DNA of 64,000 bases from Acidimicrobiia bacterium. GTDB lineage: Bacteria; Actinomycetota; Acidimicrobiia; Spongiisociales; ZC4RG35. The stretch lies in the NCBI GenBank assembly GCA_965204615.1, contig OZ242000.1, positions 3,223,913-3,287,912 on the forward strand, given 5' to 3'. Positions within the stretch are counted from its first letter, which is position 1, and each line of letters starts with the position of its first letter. Shown piece after piece: positions 52,046-62,525 of this stretch. The position numbers and the translations under genes were made by a program. A model generated the notes under the pieces. It was not told where the DNA came from. It saw only the letters and a list, made by a program, of their open reading frames with translations, and did no database searches.

Positions 52046-54811
52046 TTGATGACGGGCACAGCCTCCTCTTCGGATCCCATCGTGCGCCCAACCCGGACTC
52101 CCAACATTGCGGTGGTTCTGATGGCGGAGGGCGACCCGCTTGAGTCACCGGTTGACCGGGTGGCGGAAAAGGACTGGATCACCCGGCTAATAGTGGTGGG
52201 CAAAGACTCCGAGGCCAAACGGGAGGCGGATCGACTGGGCGCCCTCCACCGCGAGAACCTGGAGGCGGTGGCGAGGGCTCTGCCCGCCGACGTCGAATAC
52301 GTCTGGATTCTGGCGGGCCGGGCCCGACCGGAGGCGGGGGCTCTGGCGGCCCTGGTGCAGGTGGCGGTCAACCATCAGGTGGCCTTGGTGGGGTCGAAGA
52401 TTCTGTCCTCCGAGGACTCCGAGCGGCTCCTGTCCGTGGGGAGCGCCACCGACCTCTTCGGAGTGACCTTCTCGGGCCTGGATGACTCAGAACTCGACTT
52501 CGCCCAGTACGACGTGGTCAGGGAGGTCTCCAACCTGTCTCCGGTCTCCCTCCTGATTCGTCGCCGGCTGCTGGCCGTGCTGGGCGGGTTCGACGAATCG
52601 CTGCCCCCCGTCTCGGCCGGGCTGGACCTGTGCCAGCGGGTGCGACTCGCCGGAGGGCGGGTGGTGGTGGCCCCGTCGTCACGGGTCCTCTATCCCTCCG
52701 CGCTGTTTCCCCGCTTCGCGGGCTGGAGGGAGCGGGCCGGACGGATGCGCGCCATGTTCAAGGTGTACCGGCTGATGACCCTGGCATGGGCAATCCCGCT
52801 GGACGTGCTGCTGAACCTCGGTGAGGGATTGTTCAGCCTGGTCCTGGGAAGACCGGGCCGCCTGGCGGGCTTTCTGGCCGCCGTGGGTTGGAACATCTGG
52901 AGGTTTCCCTCGGCGCTTTCCCGTCGGATGAGGGCACAGAAGTTCCGAGCGGTCGGCGACGAGGACATTTTCCGGTATCAGATGTCGGGCTCGGTGACCC
53001 TCCGGGAGGTGGGATCGGAGATCGGGCGGAGAATCGGGGACTTCGGCCCCGAGGAGAGGTCCTGGGCGGTGATGCTGACCTCCCGGCTGCGAAGGGGGGC
53101 GCCCCTCGCGGCCCTGCTCGCCTTTCTCTATGTGGCGGTGGCCTCCCGGAACCTGTGGCTGGTCGGGCTGCCTTCGGTCGGGTTCACCTTTCCGTCCGGC
53201 GACGACTCCGGGGTGCTGGCCGCCTACGCGGGGGGATGGAACGAGACCGGACTGGGGACCTCGCTTCCTCCCCATCCCGCAGCCGCGTTCACGGCGTTCG
53301 TCGAATGGCTGACCCTGGGGTGGTCGGGCTCCCAGGTCCTGGTGACCGGCATCGCTCTCCTGGCCGGCCTGCTGGGATCGGCCCGGCTGTTCCGCACCAT
53401 GGGAGTCGCATCCGCAGGCTCCTATGCCGGAGCGGCCGTCTACCTGCTGGGGTCCGCCACCGCCTCGGTGCTTGCACATGGCTATTGGCCGCTGGTGATC
53501 GCCCTGGGCGCCCTTCCGTGGTCGGTGTCGGCTGCGGTGCGGCCCTGGCCGGACCGCAGACGGGCGCGGATCGGGGATCTGGCCGCCGTCTCCCTGGCCT
53601 GTGCGTTGCTGGCGGCGTCCGCGCCGGTGGCGGTGGCTGTCCCGGTGGCGGTGGTCCTGCTGGGCTGCGCGGCCGGGGTCGGCTGGTCATGGGGTTCGGT
53701 GCCCCGGGTGCTGTTGGGAGCGGTGGTGGGCCTGTCGGCGGTGGGGACCTATCTGTGGGCGAATGACCTGGACATCTGGTCTCACGGTCCCTCGCTGGCC
53801 TGGGAGGCGGATTGGGTTTTTTGGGGAGGGGTGGCCGCCGCAGGCCTCCTGGCCGTGATATTCGGCGGGGGCTCCCTGCGGGGCGCGACGGGCGTCGGCC
53901 TGGCGTTGAGCGGAGCAGGTCTGTGGGTGGGACACCTCCCGCAATGGGAAGTGGCCCTGGCCGGAGCGGTCCTGGCCGCGGTGGGTGCGGGGACGACGGT
54001 GGCGGCGGCGGTTGCGGCGGGAGTCAGGGAGGGGAAGGAGCGCCGCCGCATGGGGGGTTTGCCGGCGCTGGCGGTGGGTTTGGTGGTGCTGGGCTTTTCC
54101 CTGCCCGCCCTGGAGGGCGGAAGGGCGGGGTTGGCCGAGGACCGGTGGAGCGGCCGTCTCGACTTCGCAGCCAGCCTGGCTGACCCCGGGGACGGGAGTC
54201 GCCTGCTCCTGATCGGAGCGGAGGGGTCCCTGCCGGGGATGGAGAGGGAGGCGGACGGGTTCTCATACCGACTCATAAAGGCCGGGCCTCCCACCCTGGA
54301 ACAGGCTTGGCTCGCCCCTCCGGAGGTGGGCGACCAGGCCCTGGCGGAAGTCGTCTCCCTGCTCTCGGGCTCTCGTCCGCTGCGGCCCGGGCAACTCCTG
54401 GCGCCCTTCGGGGTGAGGTGGGTGGTGGTCTCCCAGGACACCGGTTTCTCCCGGTACCTCTCGGGCCAGGTCGACATGCGCATCCTCTCGGAGTCGGCGG
54501 ATTCGGTCGTGTATGAGAACCTGGTGGCCCTTCCCCGTTCCGACGGGCCGTACGTGGGCGCCTGGGACTCCGTCGCTCCCGACCGGGTGGAGGGCCCCGA
54601 CTTTCCGGGAAGGATCCGCATAGGGGACAACGCCCATCCCCGCTGGGGTCCCGACTGGACCCAGCAGTCGTGGTGGAACACCATCTCCGGCGCCGAAGGA
54701 GCGGGGAACTTCACACCTGATCCCGTGGAGCGGAGGTTGGGTTGGTGGGGTGGGGGACTGTTGATCGCATTGGCGGGGCTGGTCTGGTGGGGGAGGGGGG
54801 CGTCCCGATGA
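52046..54811 (+). CDS. Family-2 glycosyltransferase fused to a large polytopic membrane domain
   Basis: N-terminal GT2-like region (NIAVVLMAEGDPL...VALVGSKILSSED...CQRVRLAGGRVVVAPSS), followed by >12 predicted TM helices. Confidence 0.55.
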   Translation: MMTGTASSSDPIVRPTRTPNIAVVLMAEGDPLESPVDRVAEKDWITRLIVVGKDSEAKREADRLGALHRENLEAVARALPADVEYVWILAGRARPEAGALAALVQVAVNHQVALVGSKILSSEDSERLLSVGSATDLFGVTFSGLDDSELDFAQYDVVREVSNLSPVSLLIRRRLLAVLGGFDESLPPVSAGLDLCQRVRLAGGRVVVAPSSRVLYPSALFPRFAGWRERAGRMRAMFKVYRLMTLAWAIPLDVLLNLGEGLFSLVLGRPGRLAGFLAAVGWNIWRFPSALSRRMRAQKFRAVGDEDIFRYQMSGSVTLREVGSEIGRRIGDFGPEERSWAVMLTSRLRRGAPLAALLAFLYVAVASRNLWLVGLPSVGFTFPSGDDSGVLAAYAGGWNETGLGTSLPPHPAAAFTAFVEWLTLGWSGSQVLVTGIALLAGLLGSARLFRTMGVASAGSYAGAAVYLLGSATASVLAHGYWPLVIALGALPWSVSAAVRPWPDRRRARIGDLAAVSLACALLAASAPVAVAVPVAVVLLGCAAGVGWSWGSVPRVLLGAVVGLSAVGTYLWANDLDIWSHGPSLAWEADWVFWGGVAAAGLLAVIFGGGSLRGATGVGLALSGAGLWVGHLPQWEVALAGAVLAAVGAGTTVAAAVAAGVREGKERRRMGGLPALAVGLVVLGFSLPALEGGRAGLAEDRWSGRLDFAASLADPGDGSRLLLIGAEGSLPGMEREADGFSYRLIKAGPPTLEQAWLAPPEVGDQALAEVVSLLSGSRPLRPGQLLAPFGVRWVVVSQDTGFSRYLSGQVDMRILSESADSVVYENLVALPRSDGPYVGAWDSVAPDRVEGPDFPGRIRIGDNAHPRWGPDWTQQSWWNTISGAEGAGNFTPDPVERRLGWWGGGLLIALAGLVWWGRGASR

Positions 54812-56097
54812 GGGGAGTGGCGGTTGCGATGGTGGGCCTGGTGCTGGGGGTGTTGGCCTGGGCGCTCTCGGTGGAGTCCTCCCCCGTCTCGGTCCCGGCG
54901 CCGGTCGCCGGAGCCCGGTTGGGATCCGACCATCTGCTCTGCCCGCTGGCCGACTTCGTCCGCTCCGAGAGCGAGATCTCACTCCATTCCGGCCGGATGG
55001 AACCCATCCCCCTGTGGGACGTGGCGGAAGGCGAGTGGTCGTCCCTGGGGGCGGCGGACCTGGATGGAGACGGGCAGTGGCGAGGCGCGGCGCCTGCCGG
55101 GAACAGCGCCTTCCTGGTTGAAACCGGCCCGGGACCGTCGGGAGGCGGGATCACCAACGCCGCTCCGGAGGCCATCTCCGCCTGGACGTGCGGGCAGACC
55201 TCCGACCGACTGGTGGCCCTCGGCGGCGCCACCCTCGCAGATGATCGTCTGGACATGGTCCTCTACAACCCCTACGTGTTGGATTCGTTGGTGCAGGTGG
55301 TCGTCACCAGCGAACTGGGGGAGGACACGCCTCCCGCCCTCCGGGAGATCTACGTGCCGGCCGGAAAGACGGTGGAGATGACCCTGGATGAGCCGTTGCG
55401 CCTTCGCCGGTCATTGGCGGTGATGGCGGATTCGCATCCCGGACGCATCTCCCTGTTGTTGCGGCAGACCGGAAACGGTGACACCGCCATGACCGAGGGG
55501 GTGGCGCCCCACAGCGACTGGTGGCTGCCGGTTCCCGATCTGGGCCAGCGCGAGACCCACCTGGTCATTGCCTCCTCCTCCGGATCGCCCTTCACCTACC
55601 GGTTGGACCTCATGACCGAATCCGGCCCGCTGCCCGCATTCGTGGAGGAGGATTTCCTGCCCGGCCAACTGGTGTCCATACCGTTGTCGTCCTTGCCCGG
55701 GGGAGTGACCGGGATCGGGGTGGTCGGCACGGTTCCCCTGGTTGCCGGGTTGCGCATGGAGGGCGAGGGGCTGCTGGCCGTCGGTCCGGGAGTCCCGGAG
55801 ACCTCCGGCAGATGGTTCCTCCCGGCGGCCGGAGACGGCGCCGGAGGCGAGGCCCGGGCCTGGATCCTGAATCCGTCGGCAGTGGAGACGAGGGTGTCGA
55901 TCTCGGCGGGCAGTTTCTCCTTTACGATCACGGTTCTGCCCGAATCGGTCCACTCCTTCGACCTGGGCAAGTTGAGAGGATCGGTGGAGGGCAACCCTGG
56001 CTATCTGGTCGAGGCCCAGGAGGAGATCGCGGTGGTGATGACCACCCGACTTCCGGGGGGCGCCGCCTCGGTCGCGGTCGGCGCGCCGGTGGGCTGA
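54808..56097 (+). CDS. Hypothetical protein with N-terminal TM/signal segment
   Basis: The ATG at 54808 overlaps the upstream stop. MRGVAVAMVGLVLGVLAWALS signal-like N-terminus. No motifs. Confidence 0.35.
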   Translation: MRGVAVAMVGLVLGVLAWALSVESSPVSVPAPVAGARLGSDHLLCPLADFVRSESEISLHSGRMEPIPLWDVAEGEWSSLGAADLDGDGQWRGAAPAGNSAFLVETGPGPSGGGITNAAPEAISAWTCGQTSDRLVALGGATLADDRLDMVLYNPYVLDSLVQVVVTSELGEDTPPALREIYVPAGKTVEMTLDEPLRLRRSLAVMADSHPGRISLLLRQTGNGDTAMTEGVAPHSDWWLPVPDLGQRETHLVIASSSGSPFTYRLDLMTESGPLPAFVEEDFLPGQLVSIPLSSLPGGVTGIGVVGTVPLVAGLRMEGEGLLAVGPGVPETSGRWFLPAAGDGAGGEARAWILNPSAVETRVSISAGSFSFTITVLPESVHSFDLGKLRGSVEGNPGYLVEAQEEIAVVMTTRLPGGAASVAVGAPVG

Positions 56098-57698
56098 TGG
56101 CCGCGCGACTCCCCCTCTACACCGGCGCAATCACACGGCTGGCCGGCTGGGATCGGGCCGTCCGGCGGTGGGAGGAGCGAGGCCTGGTGGACAGGCTCTG
56201 GGCATCGGACCCGTCCGTCTGGGGAACGTCGGCGCCCGGCGCGGACCAGTGGCTCGGATGGCTCGATCTTCCCCACACCATGGGTGATCGGTTGGGAGAC
56301 ATGGTCCGTCTGGCCGAGGATGCGGCTTCGGAGGGTGTGGCGGATGTGGTGCTGCTGGGCATGGGAGGTTCCAGCCTGGCTCCCGAGGTGTTCGGCGAGG
56401 TGTTCGGCTCCGCGCCGGGCCGTCCCCGCCTCACGGTGCTCGACTCCACCCACCCCGAGGCGGTGACGTCGCTGCGTTCCCGCATCGAGCCGTCCCGGAC
56501 CCTCTTCGTGGTCTCCTCCAAGTCGGGCACGACGGTGGAGACCCTGTCGTTCTACAGGTTCTTCTGGGACCTGTGCTCCGGGGAGGGCGCCCGGTTCGCC
56601 GCCATCACCGACCAGGGCACCCCGCTGGACCGCCTGGGACGAGAGCGCGGTTTCCGGGCGGTGTTCAACGCACCGGCCGATGTGGGAGGACGGTTCTCGG
56701 CACTCAGCGCCTTCGGCCTGGTTCCCGCCGCGCTGATCGGGGTGGACCTGCCATCCCTGCTGGAAAGAGCCCGGGGGTCAGCGGAGAGGGGAAGGCTGGG
56801 CACAGCCCGGAACCCGGCGGTGGGCCTGGGGTTGGCCATGGGCGCCGCCGCAGCCGCGGGAATGGACAAGTTGACGCTGCACACCACCGAGAGCCTGGCG
56901 GCCTTTCCCCCCTGGATGGAGCAACTGGTGGCCGAGAGCCTCGGCAAGAACGGGGTGGGGATAGTCCCGGTGGCCGGAGAACCGGTCCTCGAAGGCGGTC
57001 TCTACGGCGACGACCGTCTCTTCTTGGTGTGGGAGTCCGACGGAGAGCCTCCCGTCGGTCTCCCGGTGGGTCTTGGTGGAGCGCGGATCGAGGTGGAAGA
57101 CCGACTGGACCTGGGTGCGGAGATGATCCGTGCGGAGTTGGCGGTGGCCGCCGCCGCCGAGGTGCTGGGAGTGAACCCCTTCGATCAGCCCGACGTGGAA
57201 GAGGCCAAGCGCCTGGCGACGGAGGCGATGGGTCGGGACGCCTCCACGGCCGGCACCGACCTGGCGCCTGCGCAGTCAACCGGAACGAGGGCGTCGATCC
57301 GACAGATGGTGGAGGAACTGGGATCCGGTGATTACCTGGGCATCCATGCCTATCTTCCCCCGGGAGCGGGGATCGAGCGGAAGATCGGCGAGATCCGGCG
57401 GCGGGTCACCGAGATCAGCGGGGCGGCCACCACCTTCGGCTACGGTCCCCGGTATCTCCATTCCACCGGGCAGGTCCACAAGGGAGGTCCCCCGGGCGGG
57501 TCCTTTCTGCAGATAGTGGACGATCCCTCATCGGAGGTGCAGGTTCCCGAGACCGAATTCGGCTTCTCCAGGCTGATCGCCGCCCAGGCAGAGGGCGACC
57601 ACCTGGCTCTCCGGGGAGCGGATCGCAGAGTGCTGCGGGTGACATTGGGGTCGGACCGCACCGGTGGCCTCGAGGCGATCGCGGAGAGTCTCGGCTGA
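56097..57698 (+). CDS. pgi: Glucose-6-phosphate isomerase
   Basis: PGI signatures (VLLGMGGSSLAPE; FVVSSKSGTTVETL; DVGGRFSALSAFGL). Start is the ATG overlapping the upstream TGA. The 725-aa track ORF is an out-of-frame-overlap artefact. Confidence 0.7.
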   Translation: MAARLPLYTGAITRLAGWDRAVRRWEERGLVDRLWASDPSVWGTSAPGADQWLGWLDLPHTMGDRLGDMVRLAEDAASEGVADVVLLGMGGSSLAPEVFGEVFGSAPGRPRLTVLDSTHPEAVTSLRSRIEPSRTLFVVSSKSGTTVETLSFYRFFWDLCSGEGARFAAITDQGTPLDRLGRERGFRAVFNAPADVGGRFSALSAFGLVPAALIGVDLPSLLERARGSAERGRLGTARNPAVGLGLAMGAAAAAGMDKLTLHTTESLAAFPPWMEQLVAESLGKNGVGIVPVAGEPVLEGGLYGDDRLFLVWESDGEPPVGLPVGLGGARIEVEDRLDLGAEMIRAELAVAAAAEVLGVNPFDQPDVEEAKRLATEAMGRDASTAGTDLAPAQSTGTRASIRQMVEELGSGDYLGIHAYLPPGAGIERKIGEIRRRVTEISGAATTFGYGPRYLHSTGQVHKGGPPGGSFLQIVDDPSSEVQVPETEFGFSRLIAAQAEGDHLALRGADRRVLRVTLGSDRTGGLEAIAESLG

Positions 57699-58001
57699 AC
57701 CCGGGAACTCGGGAAGAAAAAACGAAACGAATTCGTTAAAGGGATGTCTTAGTTAATTACAAGGCACAAAGAGGACTGGAACCCCACTAGAATTCTGAAG
57801 GCCCGGAAGACGAAAACGAGGAGAAGCTTTTGAGGCATTACACAGCAACCGGGACAGGCCCGGCACCTGTGCTTGCTTGGTCTATCCCACATGTCGGCCA
57901 CGTAGCGCCCCCGAGGGCGAAGCGTGGTGCGACAATTTTCCCAAGAAAAGGTGCGGACCGTTAGGCGATGATTTGACCGACCAAAACCCCCATTGTCAGC
58001 G

Positions 58002-58030
58002 GAGCCGCCAAATAGGCGGCTCTTTTGTTT
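58002..58030 (+). terminator. Intrinsic-terminator-like hairpin (8-bp GC stem, 5-nt loop, TTTTGTTT) 10 nt upstream of the whiB start
   Basis: GAGCCGCC-AAATA-GGCGGCTC followed by TTTTGTTT, then GGAGACCCAAATG. Confidence 0.4.
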
Positions 58031-58040
58031 GGAGACCCAA

Positions 58041-58400
58041 ATGGAACTGAACACACGAATCGATGTTTTGAGGGAGATCCTGGAGAGCAGTGGCGCCTGC
58101 TACGGCAGCGGCGACACCTCCAGCTTCTTCACCAATGAAAGTGAAGCTGTGCGGGTTGCCCAGTTGATCTGCGGGACCTGTCCGGTGGACGCTCGGGCTG
58201 CCTGTCTCGAGTACGCCCTGACCACCAACATGGAGTACGGGGTGTGGGGAGGCATCCTCTTCTGGGACGGCCATGCCTACTACCGGAAGAGGCCCCCGGG
58301 GCGTCCCCGTGCCGACGAGGCAGCCCTGCCGGTGGAAGCCTCGAAGGAGGACCTGTGGTCCCTGGTGGACGAACTGTCGCCCATGAGGAAGACCGCCTGA
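58041..58400 (+). CDS. whiB: WhiB-family (Wbl) redox-sensing transcription factor
   Basis: Four conserved Cys (GACYG...ICGTCPVDARAACLEYAL) and the GVWGG turn. Confidence 0.75.
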   Translation: MELNTRIDVLREILESSGACYGSGDTSSFFTNESEAVRVAQLICGTCPVDARAACLEYALTTNMEYGVWGGILFWDGHAYYRKRPPGRPRADEAALPVEASKEDLWSLVDELSPMRKTA

Positions 58401-58429
58401 TCCTCAGGTCGTAACATGGAGTAGCGACC

Positions 58430-58502
58430 GGGCGTTTAGCTCAGATGGAAGAGCGCTTCCCTTACAAGGAAGAGGTCGGCGGTTCGATTCCGTCAACGCC
58501 CA
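58430..58502 (+). tRNA. tRNA-Val (anticodon TAC)
   Basis: Cloverleaf is consistent: acceptor GGGCGTT/AACGCCC, D-arm GCTC-AGATGGAA-GAGC, anticodon stem CTTCC/GGAAG with loop CTTACAA, T-arm GGCGG-TTCGATT-CCGTC. CCA is not encoded. Confidence 0.85.
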
Positions 58503-58553
58503 CACCCTGCCCTCCTGTTTGCCATGGGGACTGCCGGCCCGCTGGCATGTTTC

Positions 58554-58961
58554 CTAGTAGGGCCACAGGTGGTCGTACATGAACTCGGCTAGGAGTTCTT
58601 CTTCCCGCTCGCCTTTCGGGCTGGCGGCGAATCCCAGAACCGCCTGGTAGGCGTCCTCGGAAGAGCACACGAGTTCCAGCCCGTTGGCCAGGGCGAACAG
58701 ATTCGCCGTGCCCCACCCGGTTCGCTTGTTGCCGTCCACGAACGGGTGAATGAACACGATGCTGGCCGTGTAGCAGGCCGCCAGGCGGGCCATGTTGTCC
58801 ATGCTTCCGTAGTACCAAAGCCTCTGAGGTCTCGTTATGGCCTGTTCGAGAAGCCCTTGGCTTCTGATTCCGTGCCTACCACCGTGGTTCTCTATGGCGG
58901 TGTGGTGGAACCAGACCACCTCCTCGACAGGAACCCATACCGGCCCCTCCTCATGCCCCAT
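58554..58961 (-). CDS. doc: Doc/Fic-family toxin (death-on-curing)
   Basis: Fic/Doc motif HPFVDGNKRTG. Start at MGHEEGPVWV... Confidence 0.7.
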   Translation of the reverse strand: MGHEEGPVWVPVEEVVWFHHTAIENHGGRHGIRSQGLLEQAITRPQRLWYYGSMDNMARLAACYTASIVFIHPFVDGNKRTGWGTANLFALANGLELVCSSEDAYQAVLGFAASPKGEREEELLAEFMYDHLWPY

Positions 58962-58969
58962 GTCTATCT

Positions 58970-59224
58970 CTAAGCGTCGGCCAGCTTTTGAAGAAGTTCG
59001 CTGTCTCTTTCCAGGATTTCCTCGGACCACCGGCGGAAGTCCTCAGCGGTGGGCGGAGTGTCGCGCAGGGGAATGCCGTTGTCCACCCGGTGACGGAACT
59101 CTTCTTCGGGTGTCCTGCCGTTCGAGCAGAGCCGTTCGTCGATCATGTAGGGCCTCGGGTTTCGATGCCCGAATTGTAGCGCCATCTCTCGGCTGGCGGG
59201 AAGGGTTGGCGGACAGAGAGCCAC
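58970..59224 (-). CDS. Putative cognate antitoxin (Phd-like position)
   Basis: Small ORF ending 9 bp upstream of doc. Assignment is by position only. Confidence 0.3.
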   Translation of the reverse strand: MALCPPTLPASREMALQFGHRNPRPYMIDERLCSNGRTPEEEFRHRVDNGIPLRDTPPTAEDFRRWSEEILERDSELLQKLADA

Positions 59225-59688
59225 GGCCCCACCTCTCCAATAGCTCGAATTCGGCCTGGGATCAAGAGGAAACCTGGGTGCTCATCTGTCGTGCCAGGTG
59301 TTGTCCGGCGAGCCCGTTTCAGGAGTTCAGCCGGAAAGCCGTTAGTGATTTAGGACGCTGACGGGCCGGTTCATCCGTTTTTCCCGTCATCAGCCCGGTC
59401 GATGTGGGCCGGACACGCTGGCCAGGCGCCGCTTGAAGGCTAACCGCGGGGCGCCGGCTCCAGTACCTGATCGAGGCGTTGCCGCCGCTGCTGCGGGCCG
59501 AACGCGTCGGTGAGTAGGGTGTCCATACGATGACATGACCCACACCAGCCCCGCTCGCGTACTCGCGGTTGGAGCGAGGCTGTTGGGTCGCTGCCCGGCA
59601 ATCGCGCCTCTCGTTTTCCGCCCGGGAGGAGCCAACCTCGACTATGGACGAGAGTCGGGTAGGCCGGTGGTAGTTTGCTGCGGCTCCT

Positions 59689-61875
59689 TCAGCTTGGTAG
59701 CCAACCCAAGAGGGCGATTCGGCCGTATTCAGGCTGGGCAACAACACTCCATTGGTTACCGCCGTCGCTATCCGTGATCCATAGCGCGGATACAGAGCGC
59801 GGTAGGGGTCCGGCTTCGTCGAATCTGACGGGGGACAGAGTCGAGTAGGCGATACGTTTGCCGTCGGGTGACCAACGAAAGTCTCCTACCTCGTCGACCA
59901 GTTTCCTCTTGTTCTTTCCATCAGCGTCCGCAATCCATAGTTGTGTAGAAACGGGGAAATATGGATCGGTCCATAACTCTCTGGAAATGTCGGATACTTC
60001 TTCAAAGATATCGGAGGGTAGGACGGGACTGTTGGGGTCTTCTTCTTCCAGAATGTAGGCAAAGGACTGATTGTCCGGCGACCATCGGACATTCAGAATC
60101 CGACCGTATCTCGGGTCTCCCGTGTAGAGATCCCGCTGTCTTATCGTGTCCCCGGTGAGCGTGTTGAACACGAACCCTTCACGGTTGTCAGAAACCAGAT
60201 GTGCACTATCCGGTGCCCAGTCAAGGTAGTTGCACTTGCTGATGCCTAGGTTCATGATCGTCTCACCGTTGGCGGCGTCCGCCACGATGAACTGGGTTCC
60301 GATACCATAACCCCTAACGTAGGCGAATCGGCTACCGTCGGGCGACCACCGTAGCTTGGCCGAGCCTGGAAGGTTGCCCAAGCCTGCCGTCAGCAACTTG
60401 ACCCTGTTGCTACCGTCGATGTCCATTATCCAGAGATCCTGGTGAACACCGTTGGGGTTCTCCGCTATCCAGGACACCCTCCGGCCATCCGGCGTGAACT
60501 CCACGTATCGGGCATTGGATTCATCAACATCGATCGTGACCTGGCCACCACTCTCAAGGTCCTCGACAACAGTATGGACATAAACCCGTTCTCCGCCGAC
60601 CTCATCGAAGACACTGTAGAGAGCGAGCCTCCCATCAGGAGAGAACCGCCAGAGAAGACCGATGGACCGTTTGTCCTGCCCATCACTTCTCTCGATCCAG
60701 TTCGAACCTCCGGCGCCTCCAGCAGTGTTGTACACCAGGTATCTCGAGTCGGGCGACCACCGGAAATTGAAGGACCATCGGCCCAGGGAACGGACCTCGC
60801 GAACGTTTTGGCCATCCGTGCCCATCACATAGGCCTTGTCCCTTGCCCCGTAGGCGACCCACCTGCCGTCCGGTGAGAATATCGGATGAGCACCGCCATG
60901 ACTGCTGTACGATCCTATGGCCTCCCTGCCGCCTTGCAGCCCGGCCATCCATATCTGGTTCCCGAACCCATAGCTGTCCACGTAGTCGGGGTCTGCCGTG
61001 GAGTAGGCAAGGCGGTAGCCGTCGGCCGGCGACGTGGCGCCGGGAAGCGGAACGAGCTTCAGAGCACGAGCCAGGAACGTCGCCATCTGGGCCCGGGTCA
61101 CCGGCCGGTCGGGACAGTAGCGCCCCTGACCGCATCCGGCGGTGATCCCTGCCGCGGCGAGCTTGTCGATGTTCTCCGCGTGCGGGCTGTCGGCAGTGTC
61201 GGAGAACCGACCGGGCGCCCCGCCGGGCAACTCGAACGCCCGGGCCAAGAAACTTGCCATCTGAGCGCGGGTCACCGACTGGTCCGGGCAGTAACGCGGA
61301 GGGTCCTCAGAGCACCCTCTCGTTACTTCGAGATCGGCCAGCCGGTTCGTGTAAGGCGCCCACCATCGAACGGGACTCACATCGGTGAAGCTCGACACCC
61401 CGGACGGATCAGGGTCCGCCCCGTCAACGGCTCGCACCAGCCACACGGCCATCACCCATCTCAGCAGCGGATCGTCAGGACAGAACAAACCCCCGTCACA
61501 GTCGGTGCCGGCGAGGATGCCCCGACCATCAGAAGCCAGGGCAGCGATCGACCTGGCATGAACCCCTCCCTCAACATCGGGATAGCCACCCGCCTGGGCC
61601 GCCGCGGGCACACCGGACGCCAGCAATACCATCACCACCGCGACCACGGACCCGATCAGCCGGCCACCCGCTTTCGGTCGATCACCCCTCCGCCCGAGCG
61701 GGAATAGACAGTCAGGCGCCGTATGTTCTCCGTAAGTGATCCGACCAGGCATGGGCATCCTCACTTGTTGTAACTCTCGTAAACGGCCCGCGTCCAAGCC
61801 GTTGAAGCAATCCCGTAGGTTCTCGTCGGTCCTTGGATTGGGGGTGAGGCCTTGCTGGGATCGGTGAGTTACCAA
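59689..61875 (-). CDS. Secreted SLH-domain protein with PD40/TolB-like beta-propeller repeats
   Basis: The signal peptide starts near MPMPGRITY...VVAVVMVLLASGVPAAAQA, so the true start is probably downstream of 61875. SLH motifs (PDVEGGVHARSIAALASDG...; FTDVSPVRWWAPYTNRLADLEVTRG...). Repeated W/F-SPDG units. Confidence 0.6.
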   Translation of the reverse strand: MVTHRSQQGLTPNPRTDENLRDCFNGLDAGRLRELQQVRMPMPGRITYGEHTAPDCLFPLGRRGDRPKAGGRLIGSVVAVVMVLLASGVPAAAQAGGYPDVEGGVHARSIAALASDGRGILAGTDCDGGLFCPDDPLLRWVMAVWLVRAVDGADPDPSGVSSFTDVSPVRWWAPYTNRLADLEVTRGCSEDPPRYCPDQSVTRAQMASFLARAFELPGGAPGRFSDTADSPHAENIDKLAAAGITAGCGQGRYCPDRPVTRAQMATFLARALKLVPLPGATSPADGYRLAYSTADPDYVDSYGFGNQIWMAGLQGGREAIGSYSSHGGAHPIFSPDGRWVAYGARDKAYVMGTDGQNVREVRSLGRWSFNFRWSPDSRYLVYNTAGGAGGSNWIERSDGQDKRSIGLLWRFSPDGRLALYSVFDEVGGERVYVHTVVEDLESGGQVTIDVDESNARYVEFTPDGRRVSWIAENPNGVHQDLWIMDIDGSNRVKLLTAGLGNLPGSAKLRWSPDGSRFAYVRGYGIGTQFIVADAANGETIMNLGISKCNYLDWAPDSAHLVSDNREGFVFNTLTGDTIRQRDLYTGDPRYGRILNVRWSPDNQSFAYILEEEDPNSPVLPSDIFEEVSDISRELWTDPYFPVSTQLWIADADGKNKRKLVDEVGDFRWSPDGKRIAYSTLSPVRFDEAGPLPRSVSALWITDSDGGNQWSVVAQPEYGRIALLGWLPS

Positions 61876-62525
61876 ACTCGCCGGTCCAGGAAGGCTTCAA
61901 TGTCTGATGTTACGTCCGTTCGTCTGCACTTGTCGAGTGTTGGGGTGAGGCGAGTGCTCGTTGACTCTGTTGACGGCCTTGATTTTGAGGTTGAATCGAT
62001 CCCGGGCTGATCGAGGTGTCAACGTTGTGGGTTCCGCCGTGACACGCGTCGGTGCCGGCGAGCGAAGCGGATCCGCGATCTATCCGTGAACTCTGAACAG
62101 CTTCGAGACGTAGATGGGGACCGATGAGCAGATGCCCCAGCCGAGGAAGAAAAGACGACCCTTCCACAAACCGAGGCAGTGACGACGACCGTTCCGCCAA
62201 CTGAGGATGCGTCGACGGTTCCGACGACTGTGCCTGCTGGTGCGGCGGAGTTTGAATCTGCCCTGGATCGCCCTGTCCCGGCCAAGCGAGGCTTCTCTGA
62301 CGATCAGTGAACCGCCCCGGCTTTTTATCGGAGAGTGTTTGGTGTGAGTGCTTTTCCTGTTGCTTTGTGGTGGTTGTGGTCGAGGCCTCGTTCGAGTCTC
62401 GAGATGTGGATTGGGTGGGTTTGGAGGGCTTGGGCGGCCTGGGTGAGGGTGATGCGGTGTTTTTGGCGTAGGCAGCCGGAATTCCCCCGGTCTGGGGAAC
62501 ACCCACCAATATGAATGGTTGGTGT

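Noticed and set aside
55521-57698. 725-aa ORF for the pgi region
   Set aside because: The first ~190 codons are an out-of-frame overlap with the upstream hypothetical gene. The PGI-like sequence begins at the ATG overlapping the upstream TGA (56097).
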